Below, piece by piece: positions 26,337-39,390 of a stretch of DNA of 64,000 nt; position 1 is the first letter of the stretch, and each line of letters begins with the position of its first letter. This stretch comes from Mobula hypostoma (lineage: Eukaryota), in assembly GCF_963921235.1 (NCBI RefSeq), contig NC_086097.1, forward strand, positions 81,408,001 through 81,472,000. The letters are read 5' to 3'. Under the pieces are notes generated by a model. That model searched no databases and was not told where the DNA came from. It saw nothing but the letters and a program-made list of their open reading frames with translations. The translations under genes were made by a program, and so were the position numbers.

Positions 26337-27219
26337 AGTCTAACGATGGTTTCCTTTTGTGAGGATTATAACAACTTCATTATTTTTGTGGAATATTGCA
26401 AAGCTCATTATAGATGTTTTTCTCTCTGCAGTGGGTTTCTAATTAGCATAGGATGGCAGTGATCCTCATAGGATTGAATGCAGGTCAAAATATCAGGAAA
26501 GCTTGTTCACAAGTATATTCCTCAGAGGCCAGAATATTTGATATGTACTGAGTTGCCTGCTATAAGAGCCAAATTATTTTTCTGCTAACTTCCAGATAAT
26601 AGAGACTATTCTAAATTATTCTCATAAACAACTAATGCTTTTGGTGTTGACCATTTATTCATTTAAATGTTAAGTAAATCTATTTAATGCTGGACATATG
26701 GGTAAATAGGTTAATTGGTCACATGGGTATAATTGGATGTTGCGGTTTGTTGGGCTGGAAGGGTCTGTTACCACACTGCATCTCTAAAATAAAATTAAAT
26801 CAAAATAAATAAATAGGTAGATAGATAGACAGAGTGAAACAGCTTAGCTGGATTGCCAAGACAGTGCAATCTTTCTCTGTGGCAGGAATGAAAGTCCATG
26901 TCTATCTCAGAAACAAGACATTTGTGCTTGACACTGAATAAGGAAAGCCTGCAGATGCTGTAAATCTAAAATAGAGAGCAGAAGCAGCCAATACAGAACA
27001 GGTGATGTCACATCTGTACAAAGACAGTTAACGTTTCATCAGAATGAGGAAAGAAGTTGGGCTAAGCAGCAGTGAGATTACTGAGAAGGAATCTACAATG
27101 GGGATCAACACTCCAGTTATACTGCATCAGAGACATTTTCCACACCTCTCCCCACCCACCCTACAGCTTCAAATTCTCTTCTCTCCTCATTTCTGACAAA
27201 GGATCTTTGACTTCAAAAT

Positions 27220-28688
27220 ATCCTGGGGGGGGGGGCAGGTGGGTGTGAGCAGCCAGAGGTCATGGTACATATTGGCACCAATGACACAAGAAGGAAAGGA
27301 GAGGAGGTCGTGAAAAAAGCATATAGGGAGTTAGGAAGGAAGCTGAGAAGCAGGACCTCAAAGGTAGTAACCTCAGGATTGCTGCCAGTTGCATGCAACA
27401 GTGAGCATAGGAATAGAATGAGGTGACTGATAAACACATGGCTCAAGAACTGGAGCGGGGCAGGGATTCAGATTTCTGGATCATTGGGACCTCTTCTGGG
27501 GCAGGTGCCTACGAGATGCCTGAGCCCACTCGGGAAAGGCTATCTTAGATTGGGTGTCGTGTAATACCCAGATCTTAATAGGGAGCTTAACATAAAGGAA
27601 CCTTAAGGAGTAGTGATCATAATATAATTGAATTCATACTGCAATTTGAGAGGGAGAAGCATAACTCACATGTATCAGTACCACAATGGAATAAAGGGAA
27701 TTACAGTGGCATGAAAGAGGAGCTTGCCCAAAGTGGATTGGAGGAGGATATTGGTGAAGATATTGGCAGGAATGATGGCAAAGAGATGGCTGAAGTTTCT
27801 GGGAATAGTTCACAAGGCACAATATAGATATGTCCCACAGAAGTTGTTCTCAAATGGTGGGGGGAGGGACAACCATGGCTGACAAAGGAAGTTAATGACT
27901 GCATAAAAGCAAAGGAAAGGGCATGTAAGGTAGCAAAAGTGAGTGGGAAGTTAAAATCCAACAAAAGGCAACTAAAAAGCTATGAGAAGGGAAAAGAAGA
28001 AATATGAAGGCCAACTAGCCAATAACATAAAGCAGGATACAAAATATTTTTCCAGTTATATAAAAAGTAAAAGGGAAGTGAGAGGTGATATTGGACCACT
28101 GGAAAATAATGCTGTTGAGATAGTAATGGGGGACAAAGAAGTGGTAGATGAGTTTAATTGATATTTTGCATTTGACTTCACTGTGGAAGCCACTAGCAGT
28201 GTGTCAGAGGTCCATGAGTGTCAGGGTGCAGGAGTGAGTGCCATAGCTATTACAAAGGAAAAAGTGCTTAGCAAACTCAAAGGTCTTAAGATGGACAAGT
28301 CACCTGGACCAGATGGACTACATCTTAGATTACTGAGAAAGGTTGCTGAAGAGATAACAGATGCATTGGTCATGATCTTTCAAGAATCACTTGATTCTGG
28401 CATGGTCCCGGAGGACTGGAACATTGCAAAAGTTTCTATTCCTCTTTAAGAAGGAAGAAAGACATAAGAAAGGAAATTATAGGCCAGTTAGCCTAACCTC
28501 GGTGGTAGGGAAAGTGTTGGAGTCTATGATTAAGGATGAGGTTTCAAGGCACTTGGAGACTAATGATAAAACAAGTCAAAGTCAGTATTGGTTCTCTCAA
28601 GGGAAATCTTGCTTGACAAATCTGGTAGAGTTCTTCGAGGAAGTAACAAGCAGGGTGGACAAAGGAGAGGCAGTGGATGTCATTTTAG
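27220..28688 (+). mobile_element. CR1 LINE fragment: ORF1 esterase region joined to ORF2
   Basis: 27243-27505 translates GEQPEVMVHIGTND...RELGRKLRSRTSKVVTSGLLPV (CR1 ORF1 SGNH domain). ORF2 remnants 28183-28688 include KSPGPDGLH and NYRPVSLTSVVGK. Confidence 0.88.
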
Positions 28689-28723
28689 AACGGGGAAATG
28701 TTAGTGATACAATCCCATTTGCT

Positions 28724-29611
28724 ACTACTACTACTACTACTATGTTGACTCAGGCCAAGGGGGCCGGCGTCGGGCATGATGACGGACTCTCCACTTCTCC
28801 CTCTCCATCATCAGTGTGTTCAGTTCATCTACATTAGCCGCGCCGCTGAATTCTAGGAGCATGTTGACACCCAGGGTTCATCCTCCCATGCTTGGGCTCC
28901 CATATGATGACTAGGCTGGCAGGTAGCTCGGGGTGACATAGACAGTGCCCCGCTAGTTGCAGTCTTCTCGCCTCAATTTTAGTGGTGAGCATCGGTAGGT
29001 CATCATAGAGTTCGACGTTTGTCATGTGCTGTTACCAACTCACATCAAGAGCCATCCGGAGCATTCCTGTACAGCAACCATCTAGAGACTTTCACATAGT
29101 CTTGGTGAGTGTCCATGTCTCACATCCGTACGTGAGAATGGACTCTATGACTGCTATGAAGATCCTCTTTTTAAGCCCTCTGGTCAGGTTCAACTTCCAG
29201 ATTTCCTTTATGTTGTTCATAGCCCTCCACGCCAGCGCCTTCCATATCTTTATGTCCTTCTCTGAATTCATCATTCTTGACCCGAGGTACTTGAAGTCAA
29301 AGACTTTCTTAATGGTATCATTCTTTACGGTCTTGAGAGCACCTTCATCGCAGTTAAATGCCATATACTCTGTCTTTTTAGCGTTTAGGTGAAGTCCAAC
29401 ATTATGGCATTCAATTTCCACTCTTGTCAGTAGCTGCTGCGCTTCCTCCATCTGGTCAGAGAGCAGGACTATATCATCTGCAAAATCGAGATCTGTGAGC
29501 GTAACTGGTCTGACCCTTTTTGTTCATCCTGGTTTTATGATAAAACCTAGCTTGTCATGATTTTTGGTAGCTTGACGTAGAGCATAATCAAGGACGATTA
29601 TAAAGATATAG
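28724..29611 (-). mobile_element. RTE-clade LINE, 5'-truncated
   Basis: DLDFADDIVLLS upstream of ORF 29092-29451 (GLHLNAKKTEYM, FKYLGS, ESILTYGCETWTLT). (TAG)n tail. TSD ATC(C/T)CATTTGCT at 28712-28723 and 29612-29623. Confidence 0.92.
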
Positions 29612-30527
29612 ATCTCATTTGCTTCTTCCACAATTTGCCTGACTTCAGCAACAGGCACCTGCAGTTAGCTTTTGTCTTTAATTCTTTCATGGACAGCAAA
29701 GTGAATAACAAAAAGAAGAAAAGATTTAAGTAATTGCAGTTGAATAACTCAAAGTTTTGAAAACCATAAATTCAAAAATAAACTCTGAGGGCAACGTGCT
29801 ATTTGTCATTGTCCTCACTACTGGGAGAGATAATCCGAAGCCCTTGACCTAAGGTTTGAAACACACTGAAATCTCATCATGATGACTGAGGAATTAAAAT
29901 AACTGAATTCAATAGATCAAAGAAAAGGCAATGCTGAAACCTTCAATAGTAGCAAAAAACTACAACTTTGATATCAATAATCCATAACTCCACTCACTCA
30001 AGATTCATGATTGCTTGTCATAACATTTATCAAAAGAAATCTTACATGGTTTGGCCTTTCTGTAGTGACAGCAGTGAAGCCAACTCTTCAATGGCCTTTT
30101 AACAATCCTTTCAAATCTGGTTTGAAATGCTGAAGGAAGGTCATTTTTGTTTGTGACATAACTGGGCTTAGGGTGACGGTGAAAGTGGTCTTCCGGATAG
30201 TTTTAGGGTAGACCATGTAATCAAAACAAATCTATTCCAATAGATGGGATATGAAATATCTTTTGGCAACAAAATGGTGGTGTTGATCTGATTCTGTCAG
30301 TTTCCGGCAAGGGTTTTGGGGATACAATTATCCAGCATTTCAAATACCACAAAATCTGAACTTTTCATGGCTAGCATGATCTGTACAATGTGAAATTGTT
30401 TTTCAACAATAACTTGTAACTTGAACTTTAACAATACACTGTAGTCGATTCAGTTTACATTCAAGCACCTGTCATTCACTGCCCCACATGGTGCTCAATC
30501 CCAAAAGGACAAGTTTGTGGGAACTTA

Positions 30528-30780
30528 TTTATTCATTTAGTGATACAGTGTGGAGTTGGCCCTTCCAGGAACTCCACACCACCGATGAACCCCAACCTAA
30601 TCACGAGACAATTTACAATGACCAATTACCCTACCCGGTATGACTCCGGACTTTGGGTGGAAACCAGAGCACCCGGGGAAAACCCACGCGATCCACAGGG
30701 AGGATGTACAGAGACTCCTCACAGAACAGAGCTGGAATTGAACTCTGAACTCCGGCATGCCCTGAGCTGTAATAGTATAC
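30528..30780 (-). mobile_element. V-domain SINE
   Basis: ggaaaccagagcacccggggaaaacccacgcg is the reverse complement of the V-domain core. Confidence 0.7.
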
Positions 30781-31547
30781 CCACTTTCAGTTGCAAGTGT
30801 ATTTGAGATTTCATATAAATTAGTTAGTTCAATTTTTTTTAAACAGTTCTGCCCCTTCATCAATATTAATTTCCTCCTATGATGCCTCCTGGTGCGACCT
30901 GGAATTCTTCTGAATGCTGACAGGTTATGGAGCAGGTAGTATAACATGAGTCATGTTCTAACTAATCTTCCACCCGTGGATTTAGAGCGGTACCAGGTAA
31001 AACGTCTGCTTACCTATGAGTATCATTTGCTGCTTCTCTTGAATCTTAAAGCTCAGTGCAATTGTAAAGGAAAGATAACGCTGATAAGCAAAAGGATTGG
31101 TTAAAGGCAGTACAGAGAAAAGATCTTAACTCAGGAAATCAAAAAGTACTTATCTACTTGCATTAAGTGATGTTATTATCCTGACTCAAAACTGGTTGTG
31201 ATTATAATTCTCTTGCCTTTATGATTCTGTATGCAAATCCTCTTATCCTCAAAATCCTCAAAACTTCCCTCTATGTTTGTCTGGTGGTTTGATGACTTTA
31301 CAGCCACTTGCAATCACATGGCCTCAAATAAAATGAAATACTTTACTACAAGACTTCTCTGATTTATTTTATTTGCATATACTGGTTATGTCAATTAAAA
31401 TATATTTCAATATTTCAAAACTGGATTGAATTGAAATAATATTGGTGAAGATTTTCTTTTGGAAACTTCTTTACATTATCAAATTTGACACCATCAACGG
31501 TTAAATGTTCATTTATTCTGATTTCGTAATTAAGATAAAGAAAATTT

Positions 31548-31775
31548 TGGGGTTCAACTCCTGCCACTGCCTGTCAGGAGTTTCTACGTCCTCCATGTGA
31601 CCTAGTGGGTTTCCTCCAAGTGCTCCCGTTTCCTCCCACAGTCCAAAGACATACTGGTTGCTCAGCTTATTGGTCATTGTAAACTGTCCTGTGATTAGAC
31701 TTGGATTAAATTGGGGGATTGCTGGGTCGAAAGGCCGGAAGAGCCTATTCTGTGCTATATCGCAATAAATAAAAA
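31548..31775 (+). mobile_element. V-domain SINE
   Basis: B-box-like ggttcaactcc, V core gggtttcctccaagtgctcccgtttcctcccacagtccaaagac and an (AAAT)n tail. Confidence 0.75.
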
Positions 31776-32089
31776 TTAATTATTTAAAGAGTGATGTTTC
31801 ACCAATGAGTTTGGCAGGATAATCATTCTGAGCTGCAGCTTAGCTGAATTCTTCAGAGCCAAAACATTTATAATTCCTGCCTATCAAGTATCTTGTTTGT
31901 AAGGTACTGAGGTGAACCAACTTAAGTTTGTTTGATTAACATTTGGATAGTTGAGAAGATTTTGTAATTTTTATGCTACCCAAATCTTTGAGTCTGTCTG
32001 TATAAACAAGAGTTTGCACAACCTTGAATCAGCTAACTCAGATAGTTTGTTCTGCTACATAGTAGACCATCATGCTGAAAATAGTGATC

Positions 32090-32585
32090 GCCTCTGGTAT
32101 GGGGGGCTACTGCACAGGACTGAAAGAAGCTGCAGAAGGTTGTAAACCTAATCAGCTCCATCTTGGGTACTAGCCTACAGAGTACCCAAGATATCTTCAG
32201 GGAGCGGTGTCTCGGAAAGGCAGCGTCCATTACTGAGGAACTCCAGCACCCAGGGCCTGCCCTTTTCCCACTGTTACCATCAGGTAGGAGGTACTGAAAC
32301 CTGAAGGCACACACTCAGCGATTCAGGAACAGCTTCTTCCCCTCTGCCATCCAATTCCTAAATGGATATTGAATCATTTGACACTACCTCACTTTTTTAA
32401 GTATACAGTATTTCTGATTTTTGCATTTTTTAATCTATTAAATATATATATTTTGTAATTGATTTACTTATGTATTTATTATCATTATGTTTTTTTTCCT
32501 CTCTAGATTATGTATTGCATTGAACTGCTGCTGCTAAGTTAACAAATTTCACATCACATGCTGGTGATTCTGATTGTGATTCTGA
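32090..32585 (+). mobile_element. Rex1/Babar 3' fragment
   Basis: High similarity to 19325-19820, including the (CTGATT)n tail. Confidence 0.9.
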
Positions 32586-34519
32586 GCTTTAACAAACAAA
32601 ATTGGCATTTTATTTTTAAATGTTTTGCCTCTTTATAGAATTAGCCACCAACATCTTTGTGGCACTTTAAAAAGGAGTTTGCAGCATGAATACACGTCAA
32701 GGTTACCACTGCAGGGAAAAAAACAGGAAACCTTATATCTGTCAACTTCCACTAGGCGTAAGCATCCCAGGAATCCACATAGAAATTTCCCCATTCACCC
32801 ACTGCTTCTTTGACAAAAGACTCATTCCTGAGCAAAATGAAAAAAGACTAATTTCTGAGTAAAAATGGGGCTTCTGTTCACTTTCAGAAAGGAGCAGTAG
32901 ACCAGGAAACACATGAGGAAAATTTCCACTAATCATGTTTTCCAATGAATTTCTGCAAGTTAGCCAGATATGAGTGAAAGCTGTGTGTATATTTCCATAG
33001 TAGCCCCCTTGGAGAATTCTATACAGTGCTGTGAATTTGTTATGAAAAAGCTACCTACATTTTTGAAATAAAGTGCTCTGAGAGCTTGGTGACATTGAGA
33101 AAGGGCACTTTCTTATATAAAGCCACGAAGAGGGCTTATGAACCATGCTGTAGATCAGAGGTTTCATCAACCCCTACTCAGTTGTAGATAATACACTTTA
33201 GCAAAAACAAGAGTCTAGTCTGTCACCTCTAACATGTGCTTTGGACAAGCAAATTAGAATTTGACAGCCTTTCCAGATGATGGATATTATCCTACATTTA
33301 AAACCGTATTCCTGACCCAGAGTCAGTGAGCTGCAAATCATTGTGACTGAAACCCCCCCCAGCTTCACAACTGTTCGATTCAGTAGAGCTGTGTTGGTTG
33401 GCAATAGCTACAGCATTTCCTGATGAGCTATTATAGATGGCAGGAGAGACCTAAAAATGAGAGAGGGCAAAGAGCGGCATTTTGATTGAGGCATAGATAA
33501 AATTCAGATTATTTTCACTTTGCATGAACTCATCTTTCAGCTGGCATCCTCAGCAAGTATCGTTGTAGCTGAAGTTAAATGCTAATTCCACTTGGAGACG
33601 GAGGTAAGTGAGAACTGGGGTGGATATTACCTGTAGCCACGAGACAGTCATTCTATTATTTATCTCTCTCTGGACTTCATAATGCTACATACCAGCTGCT
33701 ACCACAGCAGAGTGAGCCGACTGTTCCCAAGATAGTATTAATGGCGTTGTGGCTGCTTGCAAGGAAAATGATGGCAGTGTTTCAACTTCTGTGTGCCTTG
33801 AAGTGAGAAAGAACATGTCTAAATCTGAAGCAATGTGTGCACCGCGGTGTAATCACTCATTCTCCTCTGGTGCTACATATATGAACAATAAGCACATCTA
33901 ATTGTTCAAGCAGTGTTATTAAGACTCTTCTTCAATCCATATATATATATCTGCTCCCAAAAGCTGCTCAATTCCCTAACCACCACAATAGGTACCCCAT
34001 GAATAATTCTTGCTTAGAATGCGATTGTCACTGGCGAGGAGGGCATTTAATGGAGGGTTGCGGTGAACCGATAGTTTCAGCGGTGTGGTGTTTGTCCAGG
34101 AAGCTGAGAGATTTTGACTAATTGATGAACGTGCATTATAGCCCCAAATCAGGGTGGTGTGCCATTTGTTTGGGAATTTGAACGTGGTCATGTTACCAAG
34201 ATTCTGCCACTTCCAACTATTTCCCTTTCCAATCCTCCCTGCATGGTACATTTGCAGATGGCGTAAGTTCAGCACTAACCTACAGTAGTGCAGCTAAGAA
34301 AGTATTTCTATATGAACAGAAAATACACCTGGAAGTCTATGTGACAAAAATATGCTGATATGATACGTAGATTCCTCAGTAGTTAGACTTTTAGCACATC
34401 TTTTCACAGTCAGTATCAGCTTAACAGTTGGAAGCAACTATTCAAGAATTGCATGGACAGGCATTTAATTTCTTTTAACATAACGTAAGTAGATCACCAG
34501 CAGTGAAGAGGGTATGGAC

Positions 34520-34985
34520 AGTGATTCCAAGTACTGAGCAGCTCCTGATGAGAGGACTCTGATCTATGGGCTGTACCCAGGGACATACACAGAGACAGAC
34601 ATCAAATGCCCTTTGGTCTGGCCGAAACTTAGTGTTCTCCCAACGCATCCAGATGTCTGATGCTGCTGAGTGGCACATTTCAGGTTACAGGAGGACATGT
34701 TAAGAGACACACTGAGGCTCGGTGCAAACACTACATGGGCTTGGTGGGAAAGAAGCACAGGGCTCTTTCACTACTGAATGGAGCAGCTGGATTGGGCAAA
34801 GAAGCCCATTTATTATTGTTATAGTGTGCCACCTGAGAGTCACATGAGTGGCAACGGTGCTAGACATTTTAAGAAATGTAATAGAACATTACTTAATACA
34901 TTATCAATGAATGTAAGAATGAAAAGGCATTGCACAGTTTATTCTTGTAAGTTTTTTTATTTCGAATAAAGTTTATTTTGGTTTA
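34520..34985 (+). mobile_element. Tx1/L1-clade LINE 3' end (degraded)
   Basis: Translates LIYGLYPGTYTETDI..LWSGRNLVF...AHFRLQEDMLRDTLRLG, which resembles the Tx1 ORF2 C-terminus as I recall it. AATAAA near 34965. Confidence 0.65.
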
Positions 34986-35414
34986 AAAGTTTGTTGTGAA
35001 ATGGCATCTCAGACATAGCAGAACTAAAACTCCAAATGGAAACTGACAATTAAAGTCAGGATTCACAAGACTAATGTTGGAATTGGAATCAATTTATTAT
35101 TGCCCTATGAACTGAGATACAATAAAAAGTTTTTGTTTGCATGCTGATTGTGAGGATAGTCAATGGTTTCGATCACTTGGCAGGATTGGCAAAAGAATGA
35201 CAAAAGGAATTGAATCTTGCCAAGCACAAGGTGATCCATTTTCAAAGAACTAATAACGTTAGAACATATACAATGAATGGTCGAGTCCATATTCAGGAGT
35301 CCCTGAAGGTGTCAGGTACATAAAGTAGCACAGGGGGTAAGCAAGATACAAGGCTTCATTAGCTGGAAACAGAATGTAAGAGCAGGAAAGTTATGTGGCA
35401 GCTTTATAGAACAG

Positions 35415-36345
35415 TTGGTGCTAAGTCCCATCAAGTCATCGTCAACTCATGGTGACCCTATGGACAGTTGCCCTAAATGAGTTTTGATCCTCACAAAGGC
35501 AGCACATTGTAGATAACGTTGCATTCATAGCTGTCCTTATTGTATCCATCCATCTGATTAGCGGCTGAGCATGGTCTCCTTTTCCAGGGAGCTGTTTCTT
35601 CACATGATGTGCCCAAAGTACAATAGGCGAAGTCCTGTCATTTGAGCCTCCAGACACAGAGACTTGGTTTGATCTCGTTCAGGACAGATTCATTTGTTCT
35701 GTGAGAGTGTCATAAGGTGTGTAGTATTTTTCTCCAGCATCACAGTTCAAAGGCATTGATATGTTTCCTAGCCTTCTTCTTTACCATCCAACTTTCATAT
35801 CCATATAACATCATTGAGAACACCATCACCTGCACGTTGAATCTTTGTAATAGAGATGGATTCCTGTCCCTGAGCATCTTCTCTAAATCCTTCATGGCGC
35901 TCTGCTAACGGTGATTCTTTGTTGGATTTCTTGAGTGCTTGATGCTTCAGTGTTTATCATGGATCCAAGGTAAGTTGAAACTGTCAACCACTTCAATTTG
36001 CTCTCCATCGAAATTGAAATTGTTAGTACTGCCAGTAGGGTAGTAGTTATGATTCTAATCTTCTTCAAGTTAAGATGCAGATCCATTCGATGTTATGTTC
36101 CTTGACGTTGGTTAGCAGTTGCTTTAGGTCTTCTTCGTTTTCAGCCAGTGTTGTCATGTCATCAGTGTAACAAAGGCTGTTGATGATTCTGTCACCAATT
36201 CTCACCCCCCTGATCTCCATCTATACTCCTGCTTCTCTGAAGATGTGTTCGGCATACAAATTAAACAGGCAGGAGGAGAGAATACAGTCTTGTCGTACCC
36301 CTTTATGGATGCTGAACCATTCTGTTTAGAACAGTACAGAACTGT
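35415..36345 (-). mobile_element. RTE LINE (BovB-like), degraded
   Basis: Translates EWFSIHKGVRQDCILSSCLFNLYAEHIFREAG, INSLCYTDDMTTLAENEEDLKQL, YLGSMI and the C-terminal RWMDTI..FRATVHRVTMS. Confidence 0.85.
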
Positions 36346-36354
36346 ATGGAACAG

Positions 36355-36560
36355 TAACACACATAAAATGCTGGAGGAACTCAGTAGGTCAGGCAACACC
36401 TATGGAAATGAATAAACAGTCAACGTTTCAGGTTGAGACCCTTCTTCAGGACTGGAAAAGAAGGGGGAAGACACCAAAATAAAAAGATGGGGGGGAGGGA
36501 AGGGACGTGAAGCCAGGTGCTTGGGAAAGGTAAAGGGTTGGAGAGGAAGGAATACACCAA
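36355..36560 (-). mobile_element. PLE pseudo-LTR fragment with a hammerhead motif at 36417-36454
   Basis: cagtc-CTGAAGA-agggtctcaacct-GAAA-CGTT^gactg. Homologous to 13118-13330. Confidence 0.82.
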
Positions 36561-39030
36561 CATGTAGAAATGGGAATTACCAGAATGTTCTGCTTTTGGC
36601 AGATGGAGCAGTGGTGGGGTATATAGTGATAGAACAGTACTTAAAACCACAGCTGGTGTACTATGTGCAGTTTTGATCATCACATTTTAAACAGGATGCA
36701 ATTGCATTGAAGAGATTGCAGAGGAAATATTGTGAATCAATCCTGGATAGAACGACTTTGTTGCTCGTGGAAAGAAGACTGTGGGAGTGCCTGATCCAGA
36801 TGCATTAAATTATGAGAGGCCCAGATAGATTTAAAAAGCATTTCCCCACTGCAGAGCTGTCCAAAACTAAAGGATATCCATATTAAGTTAGGGGTAGGAG
36901 GTTTAAAAGGGATCTGATAGACAATATTTACCCCCCCACCACCCCTGAGGGTGGGGAGAATTTGGAACACACTACCCAAGCAGGGGATGGATATAGGCAT
37001 TGTCATACCATTCAAATATCCAGACAAACACTTGTGTCACATATTGAAGGCTACAGACAACGTGCTGATAACTTGGATTATTATAGTTGGGTGCTTGATG
37101 GTTTACCAAAGGGCCTGCTTTCAAGCTGTGAGAGTCCATGACTATATTTATGGTTACAACTAGTCAGATCACCAGGCCTCATATCTATGGCTCCCATGCT
37201 TGGAAAAATTAAGAAATCAGCTATCAATTAGTCCACAGAGACAAAAACTGCCTCTGCTGTTCAAAAATCTAAAATATGCTCAATAATTCACAAGTTGTAA
37301 ATATCCATGTTCAATACAGGAATCAAATGAAAACAGCTATTCAAACAGGACCTAAGGGCAAGGGTGCTGTGTTACAAGAAAATGAGGAACTGTTGTGTTC
37401 TGTGTTTTACCAAGATGTGGCTTACTCAGAGTACGCCAGATATGGCGATCAGACCTGAAAGCTTCTCAATACTTAGGATGGACGAACTGCTGATTTGGAA
37501 AAGGCAAAAGGTGGAAGTGTATGTTTCATGATAAACTCTGTGGTATTCTGATGTGGTGGTTTTGTTGTACTTGTGCACCTCTGACCTTGAATACCTAATG
37601 GTCAAATGCCAACCATTCTATTCACCAAGATAGTTATCCTTCATGATCTAACTGCAGTGTACATCCTATGAGTGGCCAACTATAATCAAGCATTTGTGAT
37701 CCTGCCTGATGCCATCACCAAACAAGAAACAGTCTTCAAGCATTGCTTGAAGAAATCCTTACCCAATTACCATCAGCATATAACCTGTAGCGCTAGAGGT
37801 CCCAACACACTCAGACTACTGGTATACTAAGTAAAGAATACCTGTCACTTCATACCCAGACCATATTTCAGGAAATCTGATCATTTAGCTGCCTTTTTCC
37901 TATCTGCATACAGGCAGAGGTTGAACAGCAGGATTCCAGAGATTAGGACAACAAAGCGGCAGAGGAGCAGCTACGAGATTGTTTCATTTCATGTTGTTGG
38001 ACTGAGCCATGTTCAAGGACTCATCTGTGCACCTGAATAAATACACCATGGTTATCAGGGACTTTATAAAAGCAGTCACACATGAGTGTGTCCCCACAAA
38101 ATCATTCAGAGTTTTCACCAACCAGAAGCCCTGGATGAACCACGAGATCCACAAAGTGCTGAGGGCCAGATTACAGGCATTCAAGTCTGGTGACCAAGAA
38201 AGTTCTGAGAAGACCAGCTACAATCTCCAGAAAGCCATCACACAGGTGTAGTGGCTAATCCGGACTAAATTTAAATCAATGAAGGATGCTCAACAGCTGT
38301 GGCAGGGCTGAATGGCTTCTCATCTTACAAAGTGAAATCAAGCAACACTGGTGACACCAGAGATTCGATTCCCGATGAACTCAATGCCTTCTATGCTCAC
38401 TTTGACTGTCTAAGACAAGGAGGATCCATCAAGAACTATCAGAGATCCCAATGGCCCTATGATGTCAGTCTCCGGGGCTGACATGGGAGCATCCTTCAGG
38501 TGGGTGAACTCACGGAGAACATCCAGACCAGATGGGGTAACGGGATGACTACTAAAGGCCTGTGCTGATCACAGACATCCCACACTGCAAAAACTAATTT
38601 CAGGGAGGTAGCACCCCTGCCCCCCGCAATCCCATATTCCCTCCACACCCTCCCCACTACCCCCCCGTCGACCTCCAAGGGTGTATGTAATACTTTGTTT
38701 AGTGATTTTGTCTAATCTGTAAACCAAGTTGGGTATATGCAGAAAATGTGACATTAAAATATGTACTTATATTATATTATCATGTTTATTCTATTACAAT
38801 TTAAAGTCTACAGGGAGCTTAGCCTTATCACGTAGGACATCAATAGCGTTGGGGGGGGAGGGTGGTGGGTGTTAAACGCAACCGGAATATAGGTGATAAG
38901 TCAACTATAAGTCACTTATAAGTGGCTAATACACTCAATTTCATTTCTAAAGGGATTTATCTAACCTATTTAATATTAAACACGCAGCGCATATTTTCCT
39001 CGCATGAATGTAGTGATAAGTCAATTATGA

Positions 39031-39265
39031 CAGTGGTCCCCAACCACCGGGCCGCGAAGAATACAGTGGTGGCCGGAACGCACCCAGCACATCTTTAAGA
39101 AAAAAGCGGAAATCAGAGACGACGTAATCGGCAATTGCCTCTGATCTGGGCCAACAATTACGTGCCGGGTGGCACCTAATTAATTAGCTTGTTTATTTCA
39201 GATTTTTTCTTAAAGATGTGCTCGGTGCGTTCCAGCCACTGCTGTATTATTCTTGGGGACCACTG
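39031..39265. mobile_element. hAT/Charlie-type MITE
   Basis: TIR CAGTGGTCCCCAA / TTGGGGACCACTG with long imperfect internal inverted arms. 8-bp TSD AATTATGA / AATTATAA. Confidence 0.88.
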
Positions 39266-39390
39266 AATTATAAGTAACTCACAAGTCAATAGCATCATAA
39301 CATTTTAAGTAACATTTGGATATCAAACACACAGCGCATATTTTCCTCGTATGAACATCTAAAATCATTGCAACACACCAATATCGCTGA

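Larger units (their letters stand above)
35280..37145 (+). mobile_element. Old CR1 3' region split by RTE and PLE insertions
   Basis: CR1-like sequence at 35280-35415 resumes at about 36640 (ccacagctggtgtactatgtgcagttttgatc) and runs to a CR1-type 3' end near 37140. Confidence 0.6.

Noticed and set aside
33530..33610. Acceptor/donor pair on the plus strand (tttcag...GAG/gtaagt)
   Set aside because: Stops in all three frames and no other support.
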